Notes: generated from the letters alone by a model not told the origin. A DNA stretch of 64,000 bases from Acidobacteriota bacterium (GCA_036759345.1 DAIOUV010000006.1:28438-92437); one strand, 5' to 3'. Positions 1-9,919 are shown, counted from the first letter of the stretch. Translations and numbers: made by a program.

Positions 1-652
1 TTACTTCATCGGCGACTCGAAGCTCGAGACGCCCCTCCTCACACGGACGCTCCGGGGGTTGAAAGAAGTCTCTTCACGCGGTCTTTCGCTGCGGTACGTG
101 GAGGGGAACCGCGATTTTTTCGTCGCGGGCTCCCCGTATGCGGAACCTTTTGCATCCTGGGCGCTGGCGGACGGCCTCCGTGTGGGGGCGACGCGATACG
201 CCTTCGTCCATGGAGATCGCGTGAATTCCGCCGACCTGCCGTACCGGTTCTGGCGCCGAATCTCGAAGAACCCGGTCGCGCACGGCGTCCTGAAGCTGAT
301 CCCCGGATCTCTCGCGCGCGCGATCGTGTCGCGCACGGAAGCGCGGCTCTACCGCTCGAACTTCCGGCACAAGAAGAGGCTCCCGGAGGCCGCATTGCTT
401 GCGGAAGGCCGCGTGGCGCGCGGCGCGGGATACGACGCGCTCCTGGTCGGCCACTTCCACGTCGAGAGGACGCTGGCCGACGGCGGCGCCGTCACCCACG
501 TCCTCCCCGCCTGGCTCGAGGAGCGCAAGCACGCCGAGATCGCCCCGGACGGAACGCTTTCGATCGTCCAGGAAGACACGGCCCCGAAGGCGAAGCGCCG
601 GGGTTTTGGAGCGCTCGAGGCGGGCCCCGCGGCCTCCTCCGCGGGCGCGTGA
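1..652 (+). CDS. LpxH-like calcineurin-type metallophosphoesterase (UDP-2,3-diacylglucosamine hydrolase family), 5' end off-window
   Basis: Frame is open to the window edge with no in-frame start before the TTG at 59. Motifs YFIGD, GNRDFF, FVHGD and LLVGHFH match LpxH metal-binding motifs. Stop is TGA at 650-652. Confidence 0.6.
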   Translation, partial: YFIGDSKLETPLLTRTLRGLKEVSSRGLSLRYVEGNRDFFVAGSPYAEPFASWALADGLRVGATRYAFVHGDRVNSADLPYRFWRRISKNPVAHGVLKLIPGSLARAIVSRTEARLYRSNFRHKKRLPEAALLAEGRVARGAGYDALLVGHFHVERTLADGGAVTHVLPAWLEERKHAEIAPDGTLSIVQEDTAPKAKRRGFGALEAGPAASSAGA

Positions 653-656
653 GAGC

Positions 657-1964
657 GTGAGCGCTGCCCGGCCGCTTCGACGCGGCCGTCTCTCTGGAGA
701 CCTGCAGGTCCCCGGCAGCAAGAGCCTTACGAATCGCGCGCTCGTGGCGGCTGCCTGCGCGGACGGGGAAAGCGTGCTGCTCAATCCCCTCGAGTCTTCG
801 GACACCCGTGCGTTGGCATCTGCGCTGAGATTGCTCGGAGGAGAGATCTTCTTAGAAGGTGCTGGTTGGCGGGTGCGTGGACCGCTGCGTCACCGCGGTC
901 ACTCGGACTCGGAGGTCTTCATCGACGTGGGAGACGCGGGAACGCCCGCGCGCTTTCTCGCGGCGCTCTTGCCGGCGATTCCGGGCCGCTACGTGTTGAA
1001 CGGCACGCCTCGCCTGCGCGAACGCCCCATGAACCCCCTTTTCGAAGCAATCCGAGCCCTCGGAGCCGACGTGACCTTTCTCGGGCGCGCCGGCTTTCTG
1101 CCGGTTTCGATTCGCGGCGGATCCCTGCGCGGGGGACGCGTGAGAATTCGCGGGGACGTCTCCTCGCAGTTTCTCTCGGCGCTCATGCTCGTCTCGCCTC
1201 TCGTGCCGGGAGGCATCGAGCTCGACGTCGACGGACCTCTCGCCTCGGCTTCCTACCTCGCCCTGACGCGCCGGGTCCTCGAGGGTTTCGGAGCGTCCGC
1301 CGGCGGCGGCTACCGTCCCGCGCGTTTCCGCGTGCCCGGCGACGACTCGGCGGCGTGCTTTCCCATCGCGGGAGCGCTCGCATCCGGCGGGCACGTGATG
1401 CTACGCGGCCTCGCGCGCGATTCCGAGCAGCCGGACGCGGCCTTCCGCGCCTGGGCGGCGGCCACCGGGGGCACGATTGCCTGGAAGTCCTCGGCGGAAG
1501 GCGAGGACGCGCTCACGGTCTCGGGGCCTCCCGGCGGCGCGAAGGCGCTTCTTCCGGTCGAGGTCGACGTGGACGCGGCTCCCGACGCCGCGCTCCCGCT
1601 CGCCGCGCTCGTCGCCTTCGCGGCCGGGACGTCACGGCTCACGGGCGCCCTACGCCTTCGTGAAAAAGAGTCCGATCGCCTCGCGGCGGCCCTCGATCTC
1701 CTGACTCGAGCCGGGGCCGTGGTGCATGAGGAGCAGGACGCGCGCGGCCCCGTGCTCGTCGTGGACGGCCGGGCAGGCGTGCCGCGCCCCGCCGCGTTCG
1801 CCGCGCACGCGGACCACCGGGTGGCGATGTCGGCGGCCGTTCTCGCGCTCACGCTGCCCGCGGGCTCGACGCTCGATCATCCGGAATCGGTGGCGAAGTC
1901 ATGGCCGGGATTCTGGGAGACGTGGGAGGCGTTGGCTCTCGGCAGTCGTCAAGAAGGTCGATAA
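657..1964 (+). CDS. aroA: 3-phosphoshikimate 1-carboxyvinyltransferase (EPSP synthase)
   Basis: LQVPGSKSLTNRAL signature about 20 aa after a GTG at 657. C-terminal DHRVAM and KSWPGFWE motifs. About 435 aa. Start moved inward from the ORF-track 399, which overlaps the upstream gene. Confidence 0.85.
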   Translation: MSAARPLRRGRLSGDLQVPGSKSLTNRALVAAACADGESVLLNPLESSDTRALASALRLLGGEIFLEGAGWRVRGPLRHRGHSDSEVFIDVGDAGTPARFLAALLPAIPGRYVLNGTPRLRERPMNPLFEAIRALGADVTFLGRAGFLPVSIRGGSLRGGRVRIRGDVSSQFLSALMLVSPLVPGGIELDVDGPLASASYLALTRRVLEGFGASAGGGYRPARFRVPGDDSAACFPIAGALASGGHVMLRGLARDSEQPDAAFRAWAAATGGTIAWKSSAEGEDALTVSGPPGGAKALLPVEVDVDAAPDAALPLAALVAFAAGTSRLTGALRLREKESDRLAAALDLLTRAGAVVHEEQDARGPVLVVDGRAGVPRPAAFAAHADHRVAMSAAVLALTLPAGSTLDHPESVAKSWPGFWETWEALALGSRQEGR

Positions 1965-2037
1965 TGAAGATGGCTTCCTGGTCACGGCCTATCCGACGGA
2001 CGCGATCAAGGAGGGAGAACGGCGATGGACGAAGTGA
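1945..2037 (+). pseudogene. DUF4258-family (toxin-like) C-terminal remnant
   Basis: Only the last ~30 aa (VVKKVDNEDGFLVTAYPTDAIKEGERRWTK) resemble the DUF4258 C-terminus (…VVV..DEEN..LVVITVY…). The frame upstream is Arg-rich nonsense overlapping the aroA 3' end. Stop overlaps the DUF2283 start by 13 nt. Lower-GC islet. Confidence 0.4.
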
Positions 2038-2234
2038 AGGTCTTCTACGACGCTCAGGCCCGAACGCTGACGGTCTGGTTTGGCCGGCCGTCGGATGAGT
2101 ATGTGTGCGAGGAAACGGGCGACGAGGTGATCCTGATGAAGGACCGCCTGGGACATGTCATCGGGTTCGAGAAGCTGAACTACGACGCCGACCCCAAAAA
2201 GCTGCGCCTGAATCTTGCGACGGCCGCTGCCTGA
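2025..2234 (+). CDS. DUF2283 domain protein (antitoxin-like partner of DUF4258)
   Basis: 69 aa, MDEVKVFYDAQARTLTVWFG… matches the YDxEADALYIxF pattern of DUF2283. Local GC ~55% versus ~70% for the window. Confidence 0.7.
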   Translation: MDEVKVFYDAQARTLTVWFGRPSDEYVCEETGDEVILMKDRLGHVIGFEKLNYDADPKKLRLNLATAAA

Positions 2235-2347
2235 ACCGCCAAATAGGCTGCGGAAGTGAAAACGGCAGGAGCCAGGGCTCGACTCGGAAGCTCTGGACTT
2301 CCCAGCCGCTTCCGAGTCATTCGCGCGTCGGAACCGTCGTTGCGCCG

Positions 2348-3193
2348 TCAAATGAGCGCGCCGAAGCTCACGGTCGCGATTCCGCGGGCGGCGAGGGCCG
2401 CCGCGACCGCGCCCGATTCGAGCGCTTCGGCCTCCCCGCGCCAGTCGTAGCCCCAAAGGTAGCGCGCGCGGGTGACGTCGTCCTCGTCCCCCGAGTGGAG
2501 CGCGACCTCGTAGTCGCCCTCGGGCAGATTCGCGACGGCGTTCGCGAAGCGCGCGGCCGTCATGTGTCCCGCCTCGGCCAGCCCGAGAACGCGGGGAGGC
2601 TCGGGAAGTCCGGCCTCGTGGAGGAGCCTTCGGCCGCGACTGCCGAGAAGCGCGAGGAGGCGCGCGCGAAGCCGGGAAGGAGGCGGCGCATCCGGCCGGG
2701 CGGGCGGGTCGTCGGCGCGGGGGGCACGCACGAAGGGCACGCGGAATCGCCGCGCGAGCGCCACGGCGACGGGGAAAAGAAACGGGTGCAGATGCAGGTT
2801 CTGATGCGAGTCGAGGTGCGTGACCCGTAGGCCGGCGCCCTCTGCCCGCGCGATTTGCGCCTCCCATTCGCGCTCCACCTCGGCGCTCCGAATTCGGCCG
2901 GCCGTCAGAGCCAGGAGAACAGCGGGCCAGTGAGTTCGGAAGGAGGCGCCGGAAAGGAGCGACGGGACGTCGAGGGGCGCGGAGACCGGTCGCTCGCCGC
3001 CCGTGATGCAGAGGTGGACGCCCGTCTCGAAAATCCCCGCCTCGCGCAGGCCGACCGCGGCCTCGTCGAAGGAGGTGCCGTTCGCGAGAAGGCTCACGTC
3101 CGTGAGGAGCCCGTTCGCGCGGAGCGCGGCGACACGGCGCGTGTGCGCGGGAGCGAGGCCGAAGTCGTCGGCGTTGAGGATGACGCGCGTCAA
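2348..3193 (-). CDS. YdjC/ChbG-family carbohydrate deacetylase (HpnK/LgmC-like)
   Basis: LTRVILNADDFGL…THLDSHQNLH motifs. TTG start whose TTGA overlaps the TGA stop of the upstream GT2 gene. The ORF-track N-terminal 205 aa are Arg-rich overlap with the GT2 gene and are excluded. Confidence 0.75.
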   Translation of the reverse strand: MTRVILNADDFGLAPAHTRRVAALRANGLLTDVSLLANGTSFDEAAVGLREAGIFETGVHLCITGGERPVSAPLDVPSLLSGASFRTHWPAVLLALTAGRIRSAEVEREWEAQIARAEGAGLRVTHLDSHQNLHLHPFLFPVAVALARRFRVPFVRAPRADDPPARPDAPPPSRLRARLLALLGSRGRRLLHEAGLPEPPRVLGLAEAGHMTAARFANAVANLPEGDYEVALHSGDEDDVTRARYLWGYDWRGEAEALESGAVAAALAARGIATVSFGALI

Positions 3194-3972
3194 GGCGTTC
3201 CGCGCCGGCGCCGCTCGGCGCGGATCTCCGGCGCGAGGCGCGCCATTTCGCGCAGGATCGTGAGGACCGTCTTCGGCGAGGAGAGGGTCGAAAGACCGCG
3301 CGTCCGCGGAAAGTAGTCGACGCCCAGCTGCTGGATCACGGCGCCGCGGGCGGCGCAGCGCGCGAGGAGCTCGGCGTCGAAGAAGGACCCTTCGCTGCGG
3401 AGCGTCATGCCAGTCAGGAGGCTTCGCCGGATGAGCTTGCAGGAGAAATTGACGTCCCGGAGGACGATTCCGAAGAGGACGTGCACGAGCCCGTTGTATG
3501 CGAACGAGTACAGCGAGCGCAGGACGCCTTCTCCGGTCCGGTCCAGCCGGTAGGCCGAGATGAGATCCGCCCCGGTGATTTCGGCGGCCCGGAACAGGCG
3601 ATCCGTCTCGGCGAGGTCCCAGGGCAGATCGCAGTCGCTGTAGAGAATCCACTCGTGTCGGGCGGCGGCGAAGCCCTCGCGCAGAGTGCCTCCGAGGCCA
3701 CGGTTCGCCGGTTGTGCGAGCACGCGCAGACGTGGCTCTTTTTCGGCGCGCAGCCGCGCGAGCGCCAGGGTCGCGTCCGTGGAGGCGTCGTCCACGAGGA
3801 CGATCTCCCATTCGTCGACATGTTCCTCGAGAGCCGGAATCGCGACGTCGAGGAGCCGGCCGACGCTCTTCTCCTCGTTGAACATCGGCACCACGAGGGA
3901 CACGGAGCGCGCGGGCCGAAGGGCGCCTGCCGGGCGCGAAACGGGTTCGTCTTCGGTCACGGCCCGAAGCAT
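3190..3972 (-). CDS. GT2 polyprenyl-phosphate sugar synthase (GtrB/Dpm1/ArnC-like glycosyltransferase)
   Basis: VSLVVPMFNEEKS…VLVDDASTDAT…YSDCDLP…DVNFSCKLIRRSLL are typical of Dpm1/GtrB-family GT2. 10-nt gap to the upstream GT-C gene. Confidence 0.8.
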   Translation of the reverse strand: MLRAVTEDEPVSRPAGALRPARSVSLVVPMFNEEKSVGRLLDVAIPALEEHVDEWEIVLVDDASTDATLALARLRAEKEPRLRVLAQPANRGLGGTLREGFAAARHEWILYSDCDLPWDLAETDRLFRAAEITGADLISAYRLDRTGEGVLRSLYSFAYNGLVHVLFGIVLRDVNFSCKLIRRSLLTGMTLRSEGSFFDAELLARCAARGAVIQQLGVDYFPRTRGLSTLSSPKTVLTILREMARLAPEIRAERRRRGTP

Positions 3973-3982
3973 ACCCGGCCCT

Positions 3983-5140
3983 TCACGAGACGAAGTGCCA
4001 GTTCACGAAGAAGGCGGCGCGCAGGAGGAGCAGCGCCGTCGATAGCGCGAGGGCCGCGGTGCGGAGACCCGGACGGTGCTCGAGCAGTTCGAAGAGAAGG
4101 ATGATCCCCGGAAAAATCGTGAGGGTATAGCGCGGCACGCCGTTCGTCGTCCCCGTGAGAAACGCCAGGCCGAGAACGCCCGCCGTCCACGCCGCGTCGG
4201 AGAAACGGCGTCTCCTCGCCTGCAGGACGGCGAGAACCGCGAAGAGCGTGAAGTGCGCGAGGGGCGCGAGCGCCCCCGGATGCTGGAGGAGCGTGCCGCT
4301 CGAAAAGAGCGTGACCTGCTCGCGCACGAACGCCGCGCCCCCGGCGAGGGGATTTGTCGAGCGGTGAGCCCAGGCGCCCATCGAGCGGAAGAACAGACCC
4401 GGCTCCCCCTTGCACCATCCGATGCCCAGTACATACGTCAGGACGCCCGCGAGCGGCGCGACCGCGAGGGCAAAGGACGCCGGGAGCCGCTTGCGCGGAT
4501 GCTCGCCGAGCCCCTGTTCGCCAAACCGCTCGCCGAGCCCGTACGCGAGGGCCAGCGCGGGACCCACGGCGACGGCCGGGGCGCGCGTCAGACCGAGCAG
4601 AACGCCGACGCAGACCGCCGCGAGCGGGTGGCCCGTCCGGATGAACCGAAAGGCGAGGAGAAGCAGCAGGAAGAAAAGCGATTCGGTATACGCGGCCGCG
4701 AAGAAGAACGCCACGGGATAGAGGAGAAGGAAGGGGAGCGGCCCCCGCGCGCGCTCCGGTCCGAGACGCGCGCGACACTCCTCGCCGAAGAGAGGAAGCG
4801 CGAAGACGAACGCGGCCCACGCGACGGCCGTCAGGGCCCACAGAGGGGCGAGCCCGGTGAGAAGCGAGAGTCCCCGGGCGAGCATCGGGTAAAGCGGGAA
4901 GAACGCGTGCGCGGACTCCTGCCCCGGCGCCGGAGGCGGGCCGTAACCGTCCCGGGCGATGCTGAAGTACCAGCCCGAGTCGTAGCGGGCGAAATAGGGA
5001 TTCGCCCCCGCGCCCCATGGCGAGGGGCGCGCGAGCGGCAGAACGTGGACAGCGAATGCGGCCCAGAGGTGGATCAGGGCGAGCCACGCGATCGCCAGCG
5101 CCGCGAGGCGGCGGTCCTCGGCGGCTCGAAACGGCCACGG
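3983..5140 (-). CDS. PIG-V/Mannosyl_trans2-like GT-C membrane glycosyltransferase with non-canonical start (first ATG at 4885 is internal)
   Basis: Multi-TM protein. In-frame translation upstream of the ATG at 4885 gives ...LAALAIAWLALIHLWAAFAVHVLPLARPSPWGAGANPYFARYDSGWYFSIARDGYGPPPAPGQESAHAFFPLYPM, the conserved D..WY..IA..GY…AFFPLYP N-terminal motif of the PIG-V family. No ATG/GTG/TTG lies between the in-frame TAG at 5180-5182 and 4885. The 5' boundary is therefore approximate. Confidence 0.55.
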   Translation of the reverse strand, partial: PWPFRAAEDRRLAALAIAWLALIHLWAAFAVHVLPLARPSPWGAGANPYFARYDSGWYFSIARDGYGPPPAPGQESAHAFFPLYPMLARGLSLLTGLAPLWALTAVAWAAFVFALPLFGEECRARLGPERARGPLPFLLLYPVAFFFAAAYTESLFFLLLLLAFRFIRTGHPLAAVCVGVLLGLTRAPAVAVGPALALAYGLGERFGEQGLGEHPRKRLPASFALAVAPLAGVLTYVLGIGWCKGEPGLFFRSMGAWAHRSTNPLAGGAAFVREQVTLFSSGTLLQHPGALAPLAHFTLFAVLAVLQARRRRFSDAAWTAGVLGLAFLTGTTNGVPRYTLTIFPGIILLFELLEHRPGLRTAALALSTALLLLRAAFFVNWHFVS

Positions 5141-5191
5141 ATAAGGCGCAGAGGAAGAGACGGAGCTCGTGGCTGTAGTCTACGGGCGCCC

Positions 5192-5890
5192 ATGGAACGG
5201 CACGCCGAACCGGCAGCGGGAGCCTCCCTGACTCTCGGAAGCGGGGAATCGGCCGCGCTCCGCAAGGCCGCCGCGCCGCTCACGTTGCCGGAGCGAGCCC
5301 ACCTCGATCTGCGGCTTCGGAGCGCGCCGTGGAGGCGCGTCGTCGAGGCCTTCGAGCCGGACGGCCGCCTCGTGGACTTCGGCTGCGGGCCGGGCCTCCT
5401 CGCGCACCTGCTGCTCCGCGCGGGATTCGCGGGAACGTACCTCGGTCTCGATCCCGACTCCCGCAAGGTGGACCGCGCGCGCCGCTGGCTTCCGGAGTCG
5501 CCTGCGCGCCTCTTCCGGGTAGGGACGGTCGACGCCGTGACCCCGGGCGCGTTCTCGCAGGCGGCCCTGATCGACGTGCTCTATCTCGTGCCGCCTCCGG
5601 AGAGATCCGATTTCCTCGCGCGGGCCGTACGGGCTCTGACACCAGGCGGACTCTTCGTCGCGCTCACGAGCGGAGGGGGGCCGCGCTGGAAGAGGCGGCT
5701 GGATACGGCGCAGGAACGGCTTGCCGTCGGCCTCGGCATCACCCGGGGCAGGGGCGTGGCCACGTGCGACGGCGCGGAGGTCGCCCGGCTGCTCGCGGCC
5801 GCCGGTCTCACGGGGGCTGCCGTCGTCGACGTGGGCCGCGGCTTTCTCCACGGTTTCGAGCTCGTTTCGGCGCGCCGCCCGCTCACTTGA
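5192..5890 (+). CDS. class I SAM-dependent methyltransferase
   Basis: ATG at 5192 (MERHAEP…). VDFGCGPGLL glycine-rich SAM motif. 232 aa. The ORF-track upstream extension from 4076 is nonsense. Confidence 0.75.
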   Translation: MERHAEPAAGASLTLGSGESAALRKAAAPLTLPERAHLDLRLRSAPWRRVVEAFEPDGRLVDFGCGPGLLAHLLLRAGFAGTYLGLDPDSRKVDRARRWLPESPARLFRVGTVDAVTPGAFSQAALIDVLYLVPPPERSDFLARAVRALTPGGLFVALTSGGGPRWKRRLDTAQERLAVGLGITRGRGVATCDGAEVARLLAAAGLTGAAVVDVGRGFLHGFELVSARRPLT

Positions 5891-5962
5891 CGGCGCGTCC
5901 GTTTTTCGAAATCGTTCGGCCTGCGACACCGGGCAGAGACCCGCTCGGCGGGAGGACGGAAG

Positions 5963-8900
5963 ATGCCTTCAAAGGCGCTCCGGCAATGGACGATTCCGCG
6001 CCGCGATCTCGCGGCCGGCGGGTCGGCGCTCGTGCGGCTTTCCCATCCTCTTCTCCCCGCTTTCATCTCGGCGCGCTCGGGCCCGCAAGGCCTCGTCCTC
6101 GGCCTCGAAGGCGCGCGGCCCGCGCCGCTCGGCCGGCTCGACGCTCGTGCCCGTCGGGCGTACCTCGTGAGGCTTGGCTCGCTCGCGGGATTTCTGTCGT
6201 TCCATGGCCTCGGCGTCGCCGCGGAAGACGTCCGGCTTCTCGGCGCCCGGGACGGTGATGCGGACCGGCCGGCGCTGGGCGCGCCCCCGGCCGCCGCGTG
6301 GCGCGCGGTGCCGCCCGCGCTCGCCGTCGCGGCCGCGGCGTTGCGACTCGCCGGGCGGGACGTGCGGGGCGACGACGCGGAAGCGTTGCGCCGTTCGATC
6401 GAGAGCGCCCTCGATCGCGCCCTGCCGCGCGACGTCACGGAGGACGTTCTCTCCGCGCTTCGCTCGGCGGACACGCGCGCGCGCCCCGAGACTCTCGTCA
6501 GTGAGCTCGCGCGGCGGGGAGACGTGGAGCGCACCGTGTCGCACGATCTGCTCGGTCTCGCGCTTCCGGCCGTATCCGTCGCGCGAGGCGACTCGGCCCG
6601 ACCCGCGGTGGCGGTTGGACCCGCCGCGCTCTGGCTCGCCCGCGGAGCCGCGCGCCGGGACGAGCCGCCCGCGTTCCTGGAGTGCGCATCTCTCTCGGCC
6701 CTCGAGGAGGGGGGCGCGCTTCGTCGGCTCGCCCGTGCTCTCGCCGAGGATCCGCGCGCGGCTTTCGTCGAGGCTCTCGCGGACCGAGCGCGGGCTCCGC
6801 GCTCGGTCGACGGACCTCCCGTCGCGCTCGTCGCGATCTCTCTCGAAAGGTGGGACGGGCGTTCGCGCCGCGCGTTCGAGGAAGAGCTTCCCGCCCTCGG
6901 GTTTCGGCTCTTCGCCACGCGGGCCGCGAGTCTCCGTCCCTGGGAGGAGGCGCCGCTCGTCGCCTTCCGGATGAGCCGCGGCGACGCGGCATCGCTTCTC
7001 TGGCTTCCCTTCGCGTCCGTGCACGACGCCGTGGCCGCGTGGCGCGAGGCGGAAGACGCGGCCGGGGCGACGGATGCGGGCCGCTTCCTCGACGTCGTGC
7101 ACGGACTCGCGGCGCGGTTCGATCCCGCCGAGGGGCGCCTCGGCCCCGCGCGGGCGCGGCCGGCGGTGTCGCGCCATGCGGGTCCCGTGCTCGAGGCGGC
7201 CGCGCTCCTCGCCAGCGGTTTCCGGGCCGCGGAAGCCGCCGGGGCCGCGGGCGTCTCCCTCAGGAACGCGGAAGAGGCTCTTCAGGCGGCCGCGGAAGCG
7301 GGACTCCTCGTGCCCGCCCACGCCGACGAATACTCGTTCCGGGACGACGAAGAGCGCGGGAGGATCGCCGCGCGCGTGCCCGCCTCGGCGCGCCGCGACG
7401 CGGTCGCCCGCCTCGAAGACGCGAATGTTTCGGGCATCACGACATCTCGATTTGCCATCGCGTCACTCGCGCGCGCGAGTGCAGGCGACCTCGCGGCGGC
7501 CCGCCTCGCCCTCGACGCGGCCGTGGCGAACGGAGACTCATCCGCGGCCGCGGAACTCCTCTCGCGCGCCCCTCGGACGGAGCCCGATCTCGGGCGGCCG
7601 CTTCTCGCGGTGCGCGTCCTGCAGGGGGCGGGCCGCCCGGAAGGCGCGCGCGCCGTGGCGGGGCGGATCACCGCCGACATGATCTCCAGCATCCCACTCG
7701 ACGAGCGGCTCGCGACGGCCCGCGCGCTCGTGCGCCTGCGCGAGGAAAGTCGCGCTCTCGCGCTCTGCCCGGGAGGCGCGCCCGAGGAGGACGTCGCGCG
7801 CGCCTGGGTTCTCGTCGAATCCAGACGTGACGCCGAGGCCCGGCGCGTGCTCGAGCGTGCTGCGGCGCGCCTCGCGGGGGCGCCCGTCGCGTTCCGCCTC
7901 CGGGTGAAGCTGCTCGGCGCGGAGCTTCACGAACGCGCGCACGACTACGACGCCGCGGGCGCCGCTCTCGCCGAGGCGGAGGCGCTGCTGCCCGGCGTCG
8001 AGGACGATGGGCTCGCGCGGGAGATGGCGCGCACCGCGGGCTATCTCGCGAACGACCTCGGCCGCACCGACGAGGCGATCGTGCTCTTCCGGCGTGCCGA
8101 GGCGCTCTCCCGCAGCGCGCTGGAGCGCGCGGACTCGACCTACGACGTGGCGTACGCGGCGCTCGACGGCGGCCGGTTCGAGGTCGCGGCCCGGGAGCTC
8201 GAGTCCGCCCTGGCTCTTTATGCCGCGAGCGGGCACGAAGAGCGGTACCTCTCGGCACTCGGGAACCGCATCGACCTCTTCCTTCGGATCGGCGACTTCC
8301 CGGCCGCCCGCAGCGTCCTCGAGCGGGTTCTCGCGCATGAGCGCGCGGGAGGGCGGGACCATCAGGTTCTGTTCGCGATCCCGAGCCTTCAGGAGCTCTC
8401 GCTTCTCGACGGAGACGAGGGCGCGGCGGCGGCGGCGTTCCGCGAGGCCGAGACGCGCGGGGCGTCGAGCCCCCGTCACCCGTCCTGGCGGGAGATTCTG
8501 CTCTTCGAGGCGGAGCGCCTCCTCGCGGCGCCGGACCCGGAGGGGGCTCTCGTCCTTCTCGCCCGGGCTGGGCACCTCCCGGACAACAGCTCCCGCACGG
8601 AGGCGCGCCGGCTGCGGCTCGTGGCCTCTGCCTCGCGCGACGCAGGCCGACCCTCCCGTGAGCGGTCGGGGGCCTTCGCTGCGGACGAGCGTGTTCTTCT
8701 CGACGCCGAGACCGCTCTCGCCTCCGGACGCGCGGTGCCGGATGCCGCGAACGCGGCTCTCGAACGCCTCGCGGCGTCCGGCACGGGCGCCGGAACCGCG
8801 GTCCGGCGCGTTCTCGAGTGGTCCGGCCGCTTTCCGGCATTCTTCGCGACGTCGGTGGCCGGCCCGCTCCTGAGGCTCGCGCGTCGCGTCGCGGCGCGGG

Positions 8901-9910
8901 CGGGCCTTTCGCGCGCCGAGGAGCGCTTCTCGCGGCTGCTCGAGCACGGCGCGCCGCCCGAACCTCCGGGGGTACCGATCGCGGCGCCTCCCACCGTTGT
9001 CGCCGAGGATTTCGCCACGCGCGATCTGTTCGCGAAGGCGGCCCGCGTCGCTCGGTCGACGATCTCGGTACTTCTCCTTGGGGAGAGCGGCACTGGGAAG
9101 GAGATCGTGGCGCGTGAGCTCCACCGCCTCTCGGGCCGGCGGGGACCCTTCCTGGCCGTGAACGTCGCGGCGCTTCCGGGCACGCTCGCGGAGGCGGAGC
9201 TGTTCGGCCACGCGCGCGGCGCCTTCACGGGCGCCGACCGGGACCGGCGGGGTCTCGTCGAGGAGTCGTCCGGTGGAACGCTTTTCCTCGACGAGATCGG
9301 CGACCTGCCGCTCGCCCTCCAGGGCAAGTTCCTGCGCGTCCTCCAGGAAGGCGAGGTCAGGCGGCTGGGTGAGACCGCCGTCCGGCGCGTCGACCTCCGC
9401 GTACTGGCAGCGACTCACCGCCCCCTCAAGGAGATGGCCGAGGCGGGTTCGTTCCGGATCGATTTGTACTTCCGCCTGGCCGGGCTCGAGCTCGAGCTGG
9501 CTCCTCTCCGGAAGCGTCCAAGGGATCTCGCGCGGCTCATCGAGGTGGCTCTCACAGGACGCGCGACGCTGGCGCGTGAGGCGGCGGCCGCCCTCAGGGC
9601 ATGGCCGTGGCCGGGAAACGTGCGCGAGCTCCTCGCCGCTCTCGAGGCCGCCGTGGCGCTCGCGGCGCCCGGACACGTCATCGGCCTCGAGCAGCTTCCA
9701 CGCGCCCTGCGCGAGAGGAGCACGGCGCCGGCCGGCGCGGGGTCCTATCAGGACGCGCTCCGGGCGGCGCGTCTCACGGCCATCGACGGGGCGCTCCAGG
9801 CGGCCGGGGGAAACCGGACTCGCGCGGCCCGCGCGCTCGGAATCTCGCGCCAGTCGCTGCTGTACGAAATGAAGAAGCTGGAGATCGATGCGCCGCGCGG
9901 TGGACGCTAG
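5963..9910 (+). CDS. sigma-54-dependent transcriptional activator (bacterial enhancer-binding protein) with ~1000-aa Ala/Leu-rich helical (TPR-like) N-terminal region
   Basis: C-terminal AAA+ sigma-54 interaction module ([23 protein letters not shown]) and Fis-type HTH ([22 protein letters not shown]). GGGAGGA SD 8 nt before the ATG. No receiver domain seen. N-terminal extent is less certain. Confidence 0.65.
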   Translation: MPSKALRQWTIPRRDLAAGGSALVRLSHPLLPAFISARSGPQGLVLGLEGARPAPLGRLDARARRAYLVRLGSLAGFLSFHGLGVAAEDVRLLGARDGDADRPALGAPPAAAWRAVPPALAVAAAALRLAGRDVRGDDAEALRRSIESALDRALPRDVTEDVLSALRSADTRARPETLVSELARRGDVERTVSHDLLGLALPAVSVARGDSARPAVAVGPAALWLARGAARRDEPPAFLECASLSALEEGGALRRLARALAEDPRAAFVEALADRARAPRSVDGPPVALVAISLERWDGRSRRAFEEELPALGFRLFATRAASLRPWEEAPLVAFRMSRGDAASLLWLPFASVHDAVAAWREAEDAAGATDAGRFLDVVHGLAARFDPAEGRLGPARARPAVSRHAGPVLEAAALLASGFRAAEAAGAAGVSLRNAEEALQAAAEAGLLVPAHADEYSFRDDEERGRIAARVPASARRDAVARLEDANVSGITTSRFAIASLARASAGDLAAARLALDAAVANGDSSAAAELLSRAPRTEPDLGRPLLAVRVLQGAGRPEGARAVAGRITADMISSIPLDERLATARALVRLREESRALALCPGGAPEEDVARAWVLVESRRDAEARRVLERAAARLAGAPVAFRLRVKLLGAELHERAHDYDAAGAALAEAEALLPGVEDDGLAREMARTAGYLANDLGRTDEAIVLFRRAEALSRSALERADSTYDVAYAALDGGRFEVAARELESALALYAASGHEERYLSALGNRIDLFLRIGDFPAARSVLERVLAHERAGGRDHQVLFAIPSLQELSLLDGDEGAAAAAFREAETRGASSPRHPSWREILLFEAERLLAAPDPEGALVLLARAGHLPDNSSRTEARRLRLVASASRDAGRPSRERSGAFAADERVLLDAETALASGRAVPDAANAALERLAASGTGAGTAVRRVLEWSGRFPAFFATSVAGPLLRLARRVAARAGLSRAEERFSRLLEHGAPPEPPGVPIAAPPTVVAEDFATRDLFAKAARVARSTISVLLLGESGTGKEIVARELHRLSGRRGPFLAVNVAALPGTLAEAELFGHARGAFTGADRDRRGLVEESSGGTLFLDEIGDLPLALQGKFLRVLQEGEVRRLGETAVRRVDLRVLAATHRPLKEMAEAGSFRIDLYFRLAGLELELAPLRKRPRDLARLIEVALTGRATLAREAAAALRAWPWPGNVRELLAALEAAVALAAPGHVIGLEQLPRALRERSTAPAGAGSYQDALRAARLTAIDGALQAAGGNRTRAARALGISRQSLLYEMKKLEIDAPRGGR

Positions 9911-9919
9911 ACTCCGCGC

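Noticed and set aside
2262-2300. Inverted repeat (CGGAAGC…GCTTCCG) between the convergent DUF2283 and YdjC genes as a bidirectional terminator
   Set aside because: The 7-bp stem has a 16-nt loop and no adjacent U-tract on either strand. Too weak to call.
3957-5138. 393-aa minus-strand ORF
   Set aside because: Different frame from the hydrophobic PIG-V-like protein (3983-4885 frame). Arg/Pro/Gly-rich nonsense.
4076-5191. N-terminal 372 aa of the 604-aa plus-strand ORF ending at 5890
   Set aside because: Only the last 232 aa (from the ATG at 5192) are methyltransferase-like. The upstream part is Arg/Glu-rich and antisense to the membrane GT gene.
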